This document shows positions 14,431 to 31,949 of a stretch of 64,000 nt of DNA, piece by piece (position 1 is the first letter of the stretch; every line of letters begins with the position of its first letter). The stretch is from the human T2T-CHM13v2.0 reference genome, Homo sapiens: NCBI RefSeq assembly GCF_009914755.1, contig NC_060930.1, one strand, 5' to 3'. The translations under genes and the position numbers were made by a program. A model generated the notes under the pieces. The model had not been told where the DNA came from. It did no database searches and saw nothing but the letters and a program-made list of their open reading frames with translations.

Positions 14431-14664
14431 ACTGTGTCTCCCCATCTTTAAGTTCTAAGTTAATCTTGCTCTTCTTTCTTGCTGACATTCATACATTTAT
14501 TCCTGTATGTTATTACTATGTTCATTTATCTATAAAATATGTCAATCTTTCTTCTTGAGGTGTTATATTTTTCTCCCTTACCACTGCCACTAAAAGAGTG
14601 CAGATTCACTTAACGTGTGAATGTCTGAATACGTTTCTGATCATCATCCTACCACCCCTCTAAA

Positions 14665-14825
14665 CAAGTGCCAGTGAAACTTTGGTGTGCACAGAATCAC
14701 ATGGAATACAGCGTGGTTGTTTCTGATACACGAGGCTCAGGGTGAGGCCTGAGAATTTGAATATCTAATAAGTCTCCAGGTGACAGTAATACTGCTTGCC
14801 TGTCTGGAGCCACCCTTTGCGACCC
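14665..14825. mobile_element. MER5A (hAT-Charlie) MITE
   Basis: 'aaactttggtgtgcacagaatcac...gggtgaggcctgagaattt...taataagtctccaggtga'. Confidence 0.75.
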
Positions 14826-15291
14826 TGTACTCTGCCTTGCAAGTCTACTGCCAGGCTAATTGACTTTAAGATAGAATTGTCAGTACGTTTTGGATTCTTT
14901 CACTGAAAGACATAACTTTTCATCATTATTTGTGTTTTTGTATGTTGTAGAAATATTAAATTATCTTTTTGTCAAGAGTTGAAAATCCAACTAAAAATAA
15001 TACAGGAAAGAAGGAGGAGAAAGGGAAGAAGGAAGGGAAAGAAGCAAGAAAAAAAGGAAAATTGGTTAATGTAACTGAAAGCCCAGATGTAGATCACCCT
15101 CTAAGATTTATGCTGAGAATGCCATCAGGTGCCCATCAGGACAGATGTGCCTACAAAGCTATGGAGACCACAATAATATTTGAAAACATTAAATGCAAAT
15201 GGCTATTATTGGAATGTCTTCATTTTTTCACAAAGGACATCAATGTTTCACATGTATTGTTTTACACATTTATATCACCCCCCTCAGTTGA

Positions 15292-15674
<383 letters not shown>

Positions 15675-16889
15675 ACTGAAGAGCAATTTTTTAAACTTTT
15701 TTATAATGTACTTATCTCATGTACAATATGGTAGTGATGATAGTTTTCTCAGCTTCAGACTTACATGATTTAGTTTCTGCAATCTAAGTGAAAAGAGCAT
15801 TGCTGTTTTCCAATATAGTAAAATTTCATGATTAATTCTAGTGGGCTCAGCTTTAGTCTCATGCTTACCCCTCTAAAGTAGCTGCGGTTAGGATAAGGGA
15901 GTATTTCCTAGAGGGAAACTGTGAGAAAGGTGGCTACCCAAGGTAGAATTTGGATCCCATTACCCAGGCAAAGGGGGTGGTATTTTGGACAACAAAAGCA
16001 CCAGAGATCTGCTCCACAGGGTATGAACCAAAATCATGTTTTGAACTGCAACTTTGATAATGTTCTTTTCATCTGAAACACAGTGGCCTTATGATTACCT
16101 CATCAGAAAGGGCTATCAATAATTCCTGTTGCGTCTCAAAAACCTCATCCATGAAAACTGTAACAACATCTGCCCCTAATTAATGTTTTTCATTTTAACT
16201 ACTGTGACATTTTATTAAAATATTTCTCATCTGTACTAGATAATAAAATAATTGTAAATATGTATATTTGCTCTTTTTCTCTTGTATTTGCATGCATTTG
16301 TAGATAGGAATTATTTTAATGCATTACTATATCATATAGGTATGGTAAGTGAATTTAATGTTTGCCCTTATTTTTTTTTTTTTGGTAGAATGTTAATCTT
16401 TAGTGTGTAAATCCAATACTTAAGATCGATCTTCATGCTCGTTTTCACTTTGTTTGAATTAGTTTTTGACGGAAGTAATCACCTATCTTTTAGGATGATT
16501 TTTTTAAAGAAAATAATTGTGTTTATGTAAAAATGAATAAAGTAATTACCTGGAGAGTAGAAAACAATTTATCTGTTCCAGGTCATGATGGATAGAAAGT
16601 GGATATAGGGGATCCCATCTGGGATGTAAAGTCAGGAAAATTCCCATGGTAGCAAAACACAAAACCAAACTGCTCATTCAGGTAGCAACAAGGGACGTGT
16701 GCACTCCAACACTGCGCAGTCCTGTCTTGGCCTGGTGTCTGTTGAGGTCCTATTAAATTTTGCTGAAGACAGTCAATACTAACAAAGACACACAAAGAAC
16801 TGCTAGCTATTACTTTCCATGATGTTTAGAATATCCTAAAGTTATAAATCAGAATTACTTTACCCTCCACGAGAAACTTCTGAGTTGAG

Positions 16890-17094
<205 letters not shown>

Positions 17095-20000
17095 TAGTAT
17101 CTGGCTTTACCAGGAGAAGATGGTGAATAGGAGGCAGGATTAACATGCATCTCCCACTTGGCCAGACAGAACAGTGTATAGAAATTCACACTGTGAACTT
17201 TGTTCCGAGAACCACCACAGGAATGTACCAGGAAAACCAAAAGAATTCAGATCCTTTGAAAGAAATGCCATGCTACTGCAAAATCAGCGAGACAGGCAAA
17301 AAACTGTGAGTTCCCAAAGTGTGAGAAGGGAAAAACCTGCCTCCAAACACACATCTCCACTGGGGAATCTGAAAATCCAGATCACAGAAGGATTTAACCT
17401 TACCTAGAGCTGGAATGGATTTAGGGAGCTGTGTGAAATATAAAAGTAGTAGCAGCAGTGGAAAGAGCCTTGTAGGCACTCCTAGTCTCCAGCTTGAGCC
17501 CAGGGAAGGCATCCCTGACTATGTCTCACAGGGTTCCTTGGGGTAGGCAACCAGAGGAATTAGGGAGGGCTTGCAGGGTAAAAGAAGCTTCCAGGTGAAT
17601 TTTATGATCACTTCTACTAGGCACACACTTCCTTGAGCAGAAACTGGGGGATGAATGGGAACTGCTGCAAACCTGAGCAAAGGAGCCACTGCCATTGTGA
17701 GCAGATGGGGAGGGAGGAGAGGTGTGGCCTGAAAGCCATGCTTGCTTTCTCAGAAGGGAAGCTTATGGCCTGGGGCAGGTTTGAGTTCTGCCTGCAGGCT
17801 GCCTGAATCAAAACTCAGCACTGTTAATGGGGCACTGCAGGAGCAAGATTGACCTTGCCAACTGAATGAGAGCTGGGTGAGGCCTTTCACTACCAGCTAT
17901 CCCCCACTTCTTTGGTGAACTATACTGCACAGCAGAGGCAGCCATAATCCCCTTTGGAACATAAACCCATTGGCCTGAGAACCATACCCCTGTCCCCCAC
18001 AGTGGCTACAACAAGCTCTCTCCAAGGAGAGTCTGAGCTCAGACCCACCTGACCCTGCCCAAATTAATGGTATTTCTCTACCTGCCCCAGTAGCTGAACA
18101 CAAAAGACATAAATTCTTGAGAGCTTTATGGCCCTGCCCATCACCTGATAAACCAGAATACTTCCCCTGGGTAACTTAGGGCAACCTCAAATCCCACTGC
18201 TAATACCACAGCTGGTGCTCTCTTGAAAGAACCACCTCATGGCTGGAAGCCAACCAACTCAGGCCATTGCAGCAACTCATGACAGAATAACACTGGTCCC
18301 GGGAAAGAGAAAACAACAGTTAATACCACTGCCTACAACATCCTGGCTAACCGGAGGTCCTGAGTCTGTCCATGTGAAAACTTCACTGCTGGCATAACCA
18401 ACATTTGGGAAGGCCAACACAATAAACCTAGCTACAACCAAAGATTCTCACAGAATCTACATCACCCCCAGCCACCTCCACCAGGGCAGGTGTTAATATC
18501 CACAGCTAGGAGACCTGAGGACTGGTCACATCACAGGACTCTTTGCAGATGTTTCCTGGCACCAACACAGAGCCTGGTAGCCCCACTGGGTGACTAGGCC
18601 TGGAAGAGCAATAATAATCACTATAGTCTGGCTCTCAGGGAGCCCCATCTCTAGGGGAAGGGGGAGAGCACACCACATCAAGGTATCACACCATGGGACA
18701 AAAGAATCTGAACAGTGGGCCTCAAGTTCCATGTCTTTTGGCTGGTGAGTCATTTCTCGCAACAGGGACACAATTGCAGTACTGGGCGCAGGAGGGAAAG
18801 TCTGCACCTCTACCCCAATAGACCAGCTTCTGTGATCATGAAGGGCCTTGGAGAAGGGGTACTTATTCCCTCCAGGTACTCCACTAAAGACACAGTTGGG
18901 GCTTGCCCCACAGGAAAGCAGCATGGAGGTACCTATAGTCAACCTTCCTAGAACAATTCAGGGTGACTGGAGGTACACCTTCCAGATTCAGGCCTGCATG
19001 AGAGGCAGAGTCACCGTTCCTCCCTACTTGGGACATGAACAGTCCTATAGATGAAAAGAGGTGCCTGTCTGATCTGAATACCTGAAACACTAGGACAGAA
19101 GTGAGGCTGTGAGGTAAATGGCTTTCCTGCTGACCTGGCAAGGGGAGCTGAAGTAGCTCCCACTCTTCACTCTGATAGAACCTCAGCACATCTAATTGAG
19201 AGCTCCCCCAGCCACCCTGCTCAAGACTGGGACCTCGGCCCACTGTTAGATATTACATCTACCCACCTGCCTTAGCCACAACTAGTGCCTACCCAGGGAT
19301 ATATTCCCTATTGGCTTGAAGCCCAGATCATCAACTCAATAAATAAACACCAGGAAAAAAATTAAATAAATAAAGTATACACCACAAGAGAACAAGATAA
19401 GCTTCTAGAGATCCCCATCATTACAACTCCATAGGAGACAGTGAACTTACCCACACTTCAAGAATATAACTGCTACAAGTAGCATCAGGCAAAATCAGCA
19501 CAGAAGACTCTATAACTAAGGAACTCATAGAGTCTTCACCCCTAGAGCACTAATAATCAAATTAGGCTAAAATAAACATTAAAGTCTGATCCTTACGAGG
19601 GGAAAAAAGAAATTTAAATTAAAAAAAATACAGTCCAATTAAAAATAAATTCAAGAACAGTTTGAAGAAATAGCCTACTCAAATGAGAAGGAACCAAAAA
19701 AGTAGTTTTGGCAATATGACAAAACAGAGTTCTATAACACCCCCGAAAGATCACACTATCTCCCCAGCAACTGATCTAAACGAAGAAGAAATCCCTGAAT
19801 TACCAGATAAAGAATTCAGAAGGCTGACTATTAAGCTACTTGAGATACCAAGAAAAAGGTGAAAACCAACTAAAAGAAATTAAAAAAAAAAAAAATTAAG
19901 GATGTTGGTGAAAATTTTCCAGAGAAACAGATATCATTGCTTTTCCTAAAGACAAAACAGTCACAACTTCTGGAAAGAAAAGACACACTTAGGGAAATAC

Positions 20001-20165
20001 AAAATGCAGTGAAAAGATTCAACAGTAGACTAGAACAAGTGGAAGAAAGAACTTCAGAGCTTGAAGACAAGGCTTTCAACTAACCCCATCAGACAAAGAA
20101 CAAAGCCTCAAAGAAATTTGGGATTATGTTAAATGGCCAAACCTAAGAATAATTGGTGTTCTTAA

Positions 20166-20543
<378 letters not shown>

Positions 20544-23500
20544 TCAGAGAACTCCTGGGAAATTAGTTGTGAAAAGATTATCACCTAGGCATATAGACAT
20601 CAGGTTATCTAAAGTCAAGATGAAGGAAAAAAATCTTAAGAGCTGTGAGGCAAAAGTATCAGGTAACCTATAAAGGAAACCCTATCAGATTAACCGCAGA
20701 TTTCTAGGCAGAAGTCCTAAAGTCCAGAGGGATTGGGGTCCTATCTTTAGACTCCTCAAACAAAACAATTGGCAGCCAGTCAGCCAAGAATTTTGTATCC
20801 GGCAAAAGAGAGAGAAGGTCACAAACAAATGCTGAGAGAATTCGCCACTACCAAGCCAGCCTAACAAGAAATGCCAAAGGGAGTTCTAAATCTTGAAACA
20901 AAACCTCAAAATACACCAAAATGAACCTCCTTGAACCGTAAATCTCACAGAGTCTATAAAACAATTACACAATGAAAAAAAAAACTGTTTAGGCAACAAC
21001 TAGCATGATGAATAGAACAGTACCTCAAATCTCAATACTAATATTTAATGTAAATGGCCTAAATGCTCCACTTAAAAGATACAGAACGGCAGATGGAAAA
21101 AATTCCACCAACCAAGTATCTGCTATCTTCAAGAGACTCACCTAACACATAAGGACTCACATAAACTTAAGGTAAAGGGGTGGAAAAAGATATTCCACGC
21201 AAATGAAAACCAAAATCAAGCAGGAGTAGCTATTCTTATATCACACAAAACAGACTTTAAAGCAACGATAGTAAAAAAAAAAAAAAAAAAAGAAGACATT
21301 ATATAATGATAAAAGTATTATTCCAACAAGAAAATACCACAATTCTAAATATATATGCACCTAATACTGGAGTTCCCAAATTCATAAAACAATTATTATC
21401 AGAAATTTAAGAAAATTGAAATCATATCAAGTGTCATCTCAGACCAAAGTGGAATAAAACCGTAAATTAACTCCAAAAGGAACCCTCAAACCTATATAAA
21501 TATATGAAAATTAAATAAACTGCTGTTGAATGATCCTTGAGTCAACAGTGAAATCAAGATGGAAATTTAAAAATTATTTGCACAGAACAGTAATAGTGAC
21601 ACAACTTACCAAAACCTCTGGGATACAGCAAAAACGTTGCTAAGAAGAAAGGCCATAGCATTAAATGCCTACATCAAAAAGTCTGAAAGAGCACAAATAG
21701 ACAACCTAATGTCACACCTCAAGGAAATAGAGAAACAAGAGCAAACCAAAGCCAAACCCAGCAGAAAAAAAGCAATAACAAAGATCAGAGCAGAAAAAAA
21801 TGAAATGGAAACAAAAAAACACAAAAGATAAATGAAACGAAAAGATGTTTATTTGAAAAGATAAATACGATTGATAAACCATTAGCAAGATTTACCAAGA
21901 AAAGAGAAGATACAAATAAGCTCAATAGTAAACAAAATGGGAGATATTACAACCAATACCACAGAAATACAAAATATCATTCAAGGCTACTATGAATACC
22001 TTTACATGCACAATCTTGAGGAGATGGATAAGTTCCTGGAAATATACAACCCTCCCAGATTAAATCAGGAATAAATAGCAACTCTGAACAGACCGAGAAC
22101 AAGTAGTGAATTGAAACTGATTAAAAAGTTGCCAACAAAAAAGTCCAGGATCAGATGGATTCACAGCTGAATTCTATCAGACATTTAAAGAACTGGTACC
22201 AATTCTACTGAAACTATTCCAAAAGATGGGGATAGAAGAAATCCTCCCTAAATCACTCTATGAAGCCAGTATTATCGTTAATACCAAAACCAGGAAAGGA
22301 AATAACAAAAAAGAAAACTACAGACCAATATCCCTGATGAAATTAGGTGTGAAAATCCTCAATAAAATACTGGCTAACGAAACCCAACAGCGTCTCACAA
22401 AGATAATATGTCGTGATTAAGTGGGTTTTATACCAGGGATGCAGGGACGGTTTAACATATGCAAGTCAATAAATGTGATACATCACATAAACAGAATTAA
22501 AAACAAAAATCATGTGGTCATCTCAATAGATGTAGAGAAAGTATTTGACAAAATCCAGCATCTCTTTATGATAAAACCCTCAGCAAAATTGGCATAGAAG
22601 GGACAGGGACATACTTCAAAGTAATAAAAGCCATATATGACAGACCCACATCTAATATCATACTGAATGGGAAAATTGAAAGTATTCCCCCCTGAGAATT
22701 AGAATGTGACAAGAATGGCCACTTTCAGCACTTCTATTCAACATAGTACTGTAAGTCCTAGCCAGAGCAATCAGACAAGAGAAAGAAACAAAGGGCATCT
22801 AAATTGGAAAAACAGAAGTCAAACTGTCACTGTTTGCTGATATTATTGTATACTTAAAAAATCCTAAAGACTCATCCAAAAGGCTTCTAGATCTGATAAG
22901 TGAATTCAATAAAATTTCATGGTACAAAGTCAATGTAGACAAATTAGTAGCAGTGCTATACACCAACAACAACCAAACTGAGAATTACATTAAGAACTCA
23001 ATCTTTTTTTCAACGACTGGAAAAAAGTATAAATTACTTAGAAATATACTTAACCAAGAAGGTGAAATCTGTCTACTAGGAAAACTACAAAACACTACTA
23101 AAAGAAATCATAGATGTCCACAACAAATGGGAACACATCCCATGATCATGGACAGGTAGAATCAATATTGTGACAATGACCATGCTGCCAAAAGCATTCT
23201 ACAAATTCAGTACAATTCCTATCAAAATACCATCATTATTCTTCACAGAACTAGGAAAAAAAACTATTCTAAAATTCATATGGCACCAAAACAGAGCCCA
23301 CATAGCCAAAGCATTACTAAGCAAAAAGAACAAATCTGGAGGCATCACTTTACCTGATTTCTTGCTATATTACCAGACTATAGCTACCAAAACAGCATGT
23401 TACCAATAAAAAGATAGGTATATAGACTAACGGAATATAATAGAAAACACAGAAATAAATCCAAATATTTAAAGACAACTGATCTTTGACAAAGCATACA

Positions 23501-24369
23501 AAAACACATAAAGTCGGAAAAGGACACCCAATTCAACAAATGGTGCTGGGAAAACTGGCAAGCCATATGTAGAAGAATGAAACTTGATCTTCATTGCTCA
23601 TCTTATACAAAAATCAACTCAAGATCGATCAGTGGCCTAAATCTAGAACTGAAACCATAAAAATTCTAGAAGATAACATTGGTAAAACTCTTGTAAGCAT
23701 TGTCTTAGGCAGAGAATTAATGACCCAGAGCCCAAAAGCAAATGCAACAAAAACAAAAATAAATAAATGGAACCTACTTAAACTAAAAAGCAAAGAAATA
23801 ATCTGCAGAATAAATAGACAACCCACAGAGTAGGAGAAAATATCTGCAAACTATGCATCCAACAAATGACTAACATCCAGAATCTAAAAGGAACTCAAAC
23901 AAATAACCTTATCAAAAAAGGGGGGCAAAGGATGTGAATGGACAGTTCTCAAAAGAAGATATACAAATGGCCAACAAACATGAAAAAATGTTGAAAATCA
24001 CTAATTATCAGGGAAATGAAAATTAGAACTACAATGAGAAACCACCTTACTCCTTCAAGAAAGGCCATAATTTTAAAAATCAAAAAATAAGAGATGTTGG
24101 CATGGATGTGGTGAAAAGTGTGGAACACTTCTACACTGCTGGTGGGAATGTAAGCTCATACAAACACTATGGAAAACAGTATGGAAATTTTTTAAAGAAC
24201 TAAAAGTAGAACTACCATTCGATCCGGCAATCCCACTAGTGGGTATCTATCCAGAGGAAAAGAAGTCATTATATGAAAAAGACATTTGCATGTCTATGTT
24301 TATAGCAGCACAATTTGTAATTGCAAAATATGAAACTAACCTAAAAGCCCATCAACCAATGAGTGGATA

Positions 24370-24495
24370 AAGAATATATAATAATAATAGGATAATTATT
24401 ATTAATAATTATGTTATATTATTAATAATTATGTTATATAAGTGGATATATAATATATATTATATATATCACATTATATATTATATATGTATATG
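24370..24495. repeat. AT-rich low-complexity/tandem expansion inside the L1PB 3' region
   Basis: Repeated 'attaataattatgttata' units and (TA)n. Confidence 0.85.
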
Positions 24496-24835
24496 ATGGA
24501 ACAGTGTTCAGCCAAACAGAAAATAATGGCATTTGCAGCAACTTGGATGGAGTTAGAGACCATTAATCTAAGTAACTCAGGAATGGAAATCCAAATATTT
24601 TATGTTCTCATTTTAAGTGGGAGCTAAGTTATGAGGATGCAAAGGCATAAGAATGATATAATGGACTTTGAAGACTTGGGGGGAATGGTGAAGAGGGATG
24701 AGGGATAAAAGACTACATATTGGGTACAATGTATACTGCTTGAGTGACAGGTGCAACAAAATCTCAGAAATCACCACTAAAGAACTTATTCATGTAGCCA
24801 AAACTACCTGTTCCCCAAAAACTTTTTTAAATAAA

Positions 24836-25151
<316 letters not shown>

Positions 25152-28100
25152 TAAATAAAAATTTTAAGTAAAGTAAGATAAAATAAAATTGGATCCTCTG
25201 CCAAACTGTAAGCTGTTAAAAGTAGGAGCTATGTGAGAAAAACATCTTTCTAAAAGCTAGTTTATATTATTCAGTATTCTTTCTGTAAAGATTCATGTGA
25301 CAAATTACTTTTAGAAATTAACAGTAGAAAAAGAGTTTCACTTAAACTAGTACACATATTTAATCTGGAAAATAAAACATTCCCATTATAGTGATAAAAG
25401 CTCAAAATCAAATTAATGCATAGAAGAATTATGATAAAATTTATATTAAAATATTCTCCTATAAGATTTAAAGGTCTTAATATATTTTTTTCCTGAAAAT
25501 TACTTTAAATCATTTTCATGTCATTCTTCCTTAAATAGGCTGAAGAATACAAGCAAACAGTGGAGAACACTAGTGTTTGGGAGAAGAAGGATATTTATTT
25601 CTCTTTCCTTTTCTTGGAAAATACAAGTTGGTTTCCCAAGTATTAAAATAAAAATCTTACAACCAAAAAATGTGGCTAAATTTTAGGATCTATGATGCAT
25701 AAGCTGACACTTATGCACAGATGTTATTAATTTCTATTTTTATTTTCTTCACTGGAAACCTGAATCTGGGAAAATATCAGCTGTGAGCTTCAGCGAACAC
25801 AAGTAAAATTCATATGAGAAGTGCAAACTTCATAAGGAAACTGGCAGTACTGAAACTCTTTAAACTGAAACTGGTTCTAATAGAATATTAGAATGATGAA
25901 ACACAGCATAGCATCACATGTTCCCATTAGGCATCAATCTTTGCCCCTGAGACCTTCCTTTTGCATAATATAAAATGTTGCTATGGTTTCACATATAGTA
26001 TCCTTATTATGGCATTAAGAATTATGCAAAATATGTAATATGTAGATTGCAAAGTTAATGACAGTTCTGTGAATGACTGAAAAGCATAAATTTATAATAC
26101 GCATCATGTTTATTCATTTTAAAAGTTGTTGACATTTCTCTTGGTGTGAGACAATTTGCTATCCATTCTCAGATAGAGGTAAAAACATTAGAAAGACATG
26201 ATCTATGCAGTGGATTTTATGAGCTCAGTTACATATGTTACCTTCCTTTCTAAGAATAATTGAAAATACGTGCCATTTTTTTTACTGTACTAGTTCCTCC
26301 CTAGAATGAGTTAATGCACAGAACATTTGAGAATGACTGGTAACTTGTTCACTGACTAGAGGGCATGTAGGGCTAGGACATCAGAATCTTAATTCACTGA
26401 CTTCTCAAATAAGGTATCTGCACCAGTTGACTGTTCAATTCCTATCCAGCTATTTTTTTAAAAAAAGTGTTTGTGTCTGTATTTTACATATTATCCAAAT
26501 AATACACATTCATTGTAGAAAAAAATTTTAATTACTAAAAACAGAACTGTAGAAAGAGCAGAGGATCTTTTGTTTCATTCTGCAACATACAATGTTTTGA
26601 TTCTATTATTATCCTTCTAACTCGACCCCAATCATCATGCATTCCCAGAATGAATTCATCTCTACAAACCAGACTCAAAAATAGCTGATAATATTTTTAC
26701 TAATATAGAGATAAAACTATGGAGTTCAACTTGAGACCTTCAGCTATTAGAATCTTACAGAGAATAATACTTCTCCAATAAGGACAAAACTTGTAATGAT
26801 TACTACCATATGAGATTGCTGTCAATGTTGCATTGAGTCAATTAAGCCAGGGATCACAGGAAATTAGGCCACTAGAAGAACTGGCCCTCCCCAACCATTT
26901 GTCGTTCAAAGATAGTGGAAGCAATTGTGCGTATTGAGTCAGAAATGGGAAAAAATAATCAAGATTTATGACTTTAGTTTCCTGGGAGCAATGAAAATTC
27001 CCTGTGCTTATTTCAGGGGGATTCACAAAGAAAAAAAATACTTTTTACTTTAGACTTCTTGGACCGTTAGCTAAAAATGTTTCCACCAGTCTAGCCCAAG
27101 CAAAACAAACAATAGTTATAAAAGTTTATTTTATTTCTGTAGTGGATTTGAATTTTACACAGTTATAGAAAATTCAAGTATAACAAACATAAAATATGAA
27201 GTGTGGGGAAGCTCAATTTAGCTTATAGGTCTGCGTTTTTCCTCTGTGGAGGAAAGTGTAATCTTGCCATTGATGGTAATCTAGTTGCTTCTGGCTTAAA
27301 ATTCAATCAATTTAGGATTAACACGGTCAGTTCATATTCTATTTTCTTGCTCATTTTTTTTTCTCCCTCTCCTATGAAACTTCTGGGTTCAGGAGTTTTG
27401 CTGGGCATTTTAAGTGTGGGAACTGGATTTGCAATTGATTCTTGGTAATCTTCTCTCATTGCTGGCTTCTGCTGAGGTGTGACTCATCCTATCAGATCAA
27501 TATTGGTTCCCTTGTTCCTGATGCATTTACTGCTGAGGTGCACATTCCCACTCCAGTCCCCAATTTCAGGTTCACAATTACCATGTCTTCTTGAACCCAA
27601 CCTCAGTGCTTCTGTAGATGATCTTGAATTGCAACCAGTTCACAACTCTAATGACATCTCAAAATTTTCAGCTTTTCTCCCTGTTGTTCATTGGTTTGTA
27701 TAAGATATAATGAGGCTGTGTTCAGAACTGGTCTAGGCACTTTGCTCAGAAAATAATTTCCCATCCCATAGATGCCATGTTAGTTGCAAGTTATCTGTGA
27801 GACTTGTAACATCCCAGGCAGTATCTTGGACAACTTTTCTCCTCTGACATTATTCCACAATTTACTGGGATGTATACTAGGGTTGCAGTAGTCCTACCTC
27901 ACTGACACATTGGGATTCTACTTGGGAGGGGCCCTGAAATCCACTAGCAGAAATCATCTTTGTTCCTTAAACATCAATCACCTCTTAGTCTCTTTTTTCT
28001 ACCCACTGCTGAAATTCTTATATCTTTTTGATGAGAAAAACTCTACATATTCATGAATTCCTTTCGACTCCACATTTTTGTTTTTGATGTGATTACCATA

Positions 28101-28519
28101 TTTTAAGTCCTAAAGGATTCAGAAATAAAAACAAAACATTTTTTATCTCAAGTTCTTTTATTATAATTGAAAACCAAAGCATTCAAGAATATTTGTTACT
28201 TCTACTAAATACTTTTCCCAAGTCATTTAGAGTGAAAAAGCCCACAGTGTGATTATTGTTTTCACTTTGACATCTCTTCCTGAATGCAGTGTATTTATTG
28301 ACAGAGGATGGGAGAATTAACCAGAAAAAACACGCAGTTGGATAGCAAAATATTATGGTGCCACAGTTAAATTTACATATTTCAATAATGCGAGTATCTT
28401 TGTGTTTTATTTGATAAAGAATTTAGATTTTACGGTCCATATTTTCAAGAACAATGCCCAATTATGTCTAAATGAAGTAGAAAAAATTAATAGGTCATAA
28501 ATTAGGGGATTACTATATT

Positions 28520-28750
28520 CTAGTTATAGCAGATCTTATTTCTAAAGCATTCATTTTATCTCAAGTACTATTTTTGTGTTAGATATGCATTATCATTATA
28601 ATCATATAAAGTGATAAAATTTATTTTATCAATGACAAATTTTGTAAAAAAGAAGTAAAGCAGTTGGCTAAGATGCAGCAACCGGTAAAAGGGAAAATAA
28701 GGATCTAAATCCAGATCTCTTCACTCTAAAATCCACGTACTTAACCATTA
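28520..28750 (-). mobile_element. MIR SINE
   Basis: 'ggatctaaatccagatct...ctctaaaatccacgtacttaacca'. Confidence 0.55.
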
Positions 28751-28942
28751 TATGAGTTTTAAGAAAATGACTCAACCTATTTAATTTTATCTCATTTGAA
28801 CTGTTTATGCTTCTGAAGAGCCAAGAACATCTTTTATCTTTAAAATCTTCACAGCATTTATCAAAACCCTAAGCACATATTTAAACACAAACATATGTTT
28901 GCTTCCAGAATGCAGTGTTTTTAAAGTTAAAAAAATGTATCA

Positions 28943-29245
28943 CTGGGAGCAGCAGCTCATGCCTAATATCCCAGCAATTTGAGAGGCTGGGGTGGAGGAC
29001 TGCTTGAAGCCATGAGAATGAGACTAGCCTGGGCAACACAGTGAGAATTCACGTCTACAGAAAAATTTTAACAAGTGGCAAGGCATAGTGTGCACACACC
29101 TGTGGTCCCAGCTACTTGGGAGGCTGAGACAGGAGGATCATTTGAGCCCAGAGTTTGAGGCTGCAGTGAGTTATGACTGTGCTACTGTACTCCACCCTGG
29201 GTGGCAGAGTGAGAGAGACCTTGTCTCTAAAAAAGAAGAAAAAAG
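28943..29245 (+). mobile_element. AluJ (Jo/Jr-like)
   Basis: Highly diverged dimeric Alu; TSD-like AAAAAA(T)GTATCA. Confidence 0.92.
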
Positions 29246-29254
29246 TATCAACAA

Positions 29255-30195
29255 CAACTGCTCCTAATTAAAATGATTTCTAAGCAAACAAGGAATAGAA
29301 TAAAAATTTCTTATCCTGATAAATAGTGTCTACCTAAAATCTACAGTTACTAATCAGACCTAATTGGAATATGTCAAGATGACTAAATCAGGAACAAGGC
29401 AGATTGCCACCACACCCATGTATTCATGAATTTTTGCAAATTCTGTCCAGAACAAGACAACATAATGTAATGAATTATATGTAGATTGGAAAGTAGGAAA
29501 TAAAACTGATTTTTTTAATCTAGTAGAATTATTTATAAAAAATTCATAAAATGTATATACCTATCATTAGAATATGTTAGACAACTAAGCAAGTTTTTAT
29601 GATAAAGGTTAAGTATAAAACTGTTAATGGTTTTCTTATTATCCTACCCCATGCTATGATTTAGGCTTGTATATAACTATAACTAAAGTTAGAAAATGCA
29701 ATATAAAAGAAAAATTACATCTTCACAAAGCGTACAGTGTCTAGCCCTAGATCTGATGTAATGTGCAAGTAGCTGTGTTGAAAATTTACATATCATTATT
29801 AAAATAAATTGAAGACAATTTAATGAAGAGATGTGCCATTTAATATTATAAAGATGTTAATTATCCACAGATTGATCTACAAATTTATTGTAATTCTAAT
29901 TGAAATCTGAAAAGAATTTTTATGAAGTTTGGTAAGCTCTTCTTGAATTTATATATGAAAACAAATGGCCCAAATATTCTAGAAATTCCTAAAGAAGAAG
30001 GGAGATTTTGTCCTATCATATGAGGGTACTTACTGTGTAGTGTTGCTGCAAGAGAGAGACTAACAAGTCGGACTTCAGAGACCAAATCCAGACCCAGTCA
30101 TTAGTGGTAATGTCATCCATGAAAGAGGTGACATTGCGTTTCAGTGAGAAATTGTGGGCTATTAAGTAATGGTATTGCAGCCAACTGGTTATACT
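29255..30195 (+). mobile_element. Old L1ME ORF2 3' fragment (5' part; interrupted by L1MD)
   Basis: A-rich decayed ORF2 ('ttaatattataaagatgttaattatcc...attgatctacaaatt', 'cttgaatttatatatgaaa'). Confidence 0.7.
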
Positions 30196-30199
30196 TACA

Positions 30200-31940
<1,741 letters not shown>

Positions 31941-31949
31941 CAATTTATA

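Noticed and set aside
17174-19243. Cluster of 60-138 aa ORFs in GC-richer sequence
   Set aside because: Lies in the long L1PB 5'UTR; higher GC yields chance ORFs with no recognisable domains.
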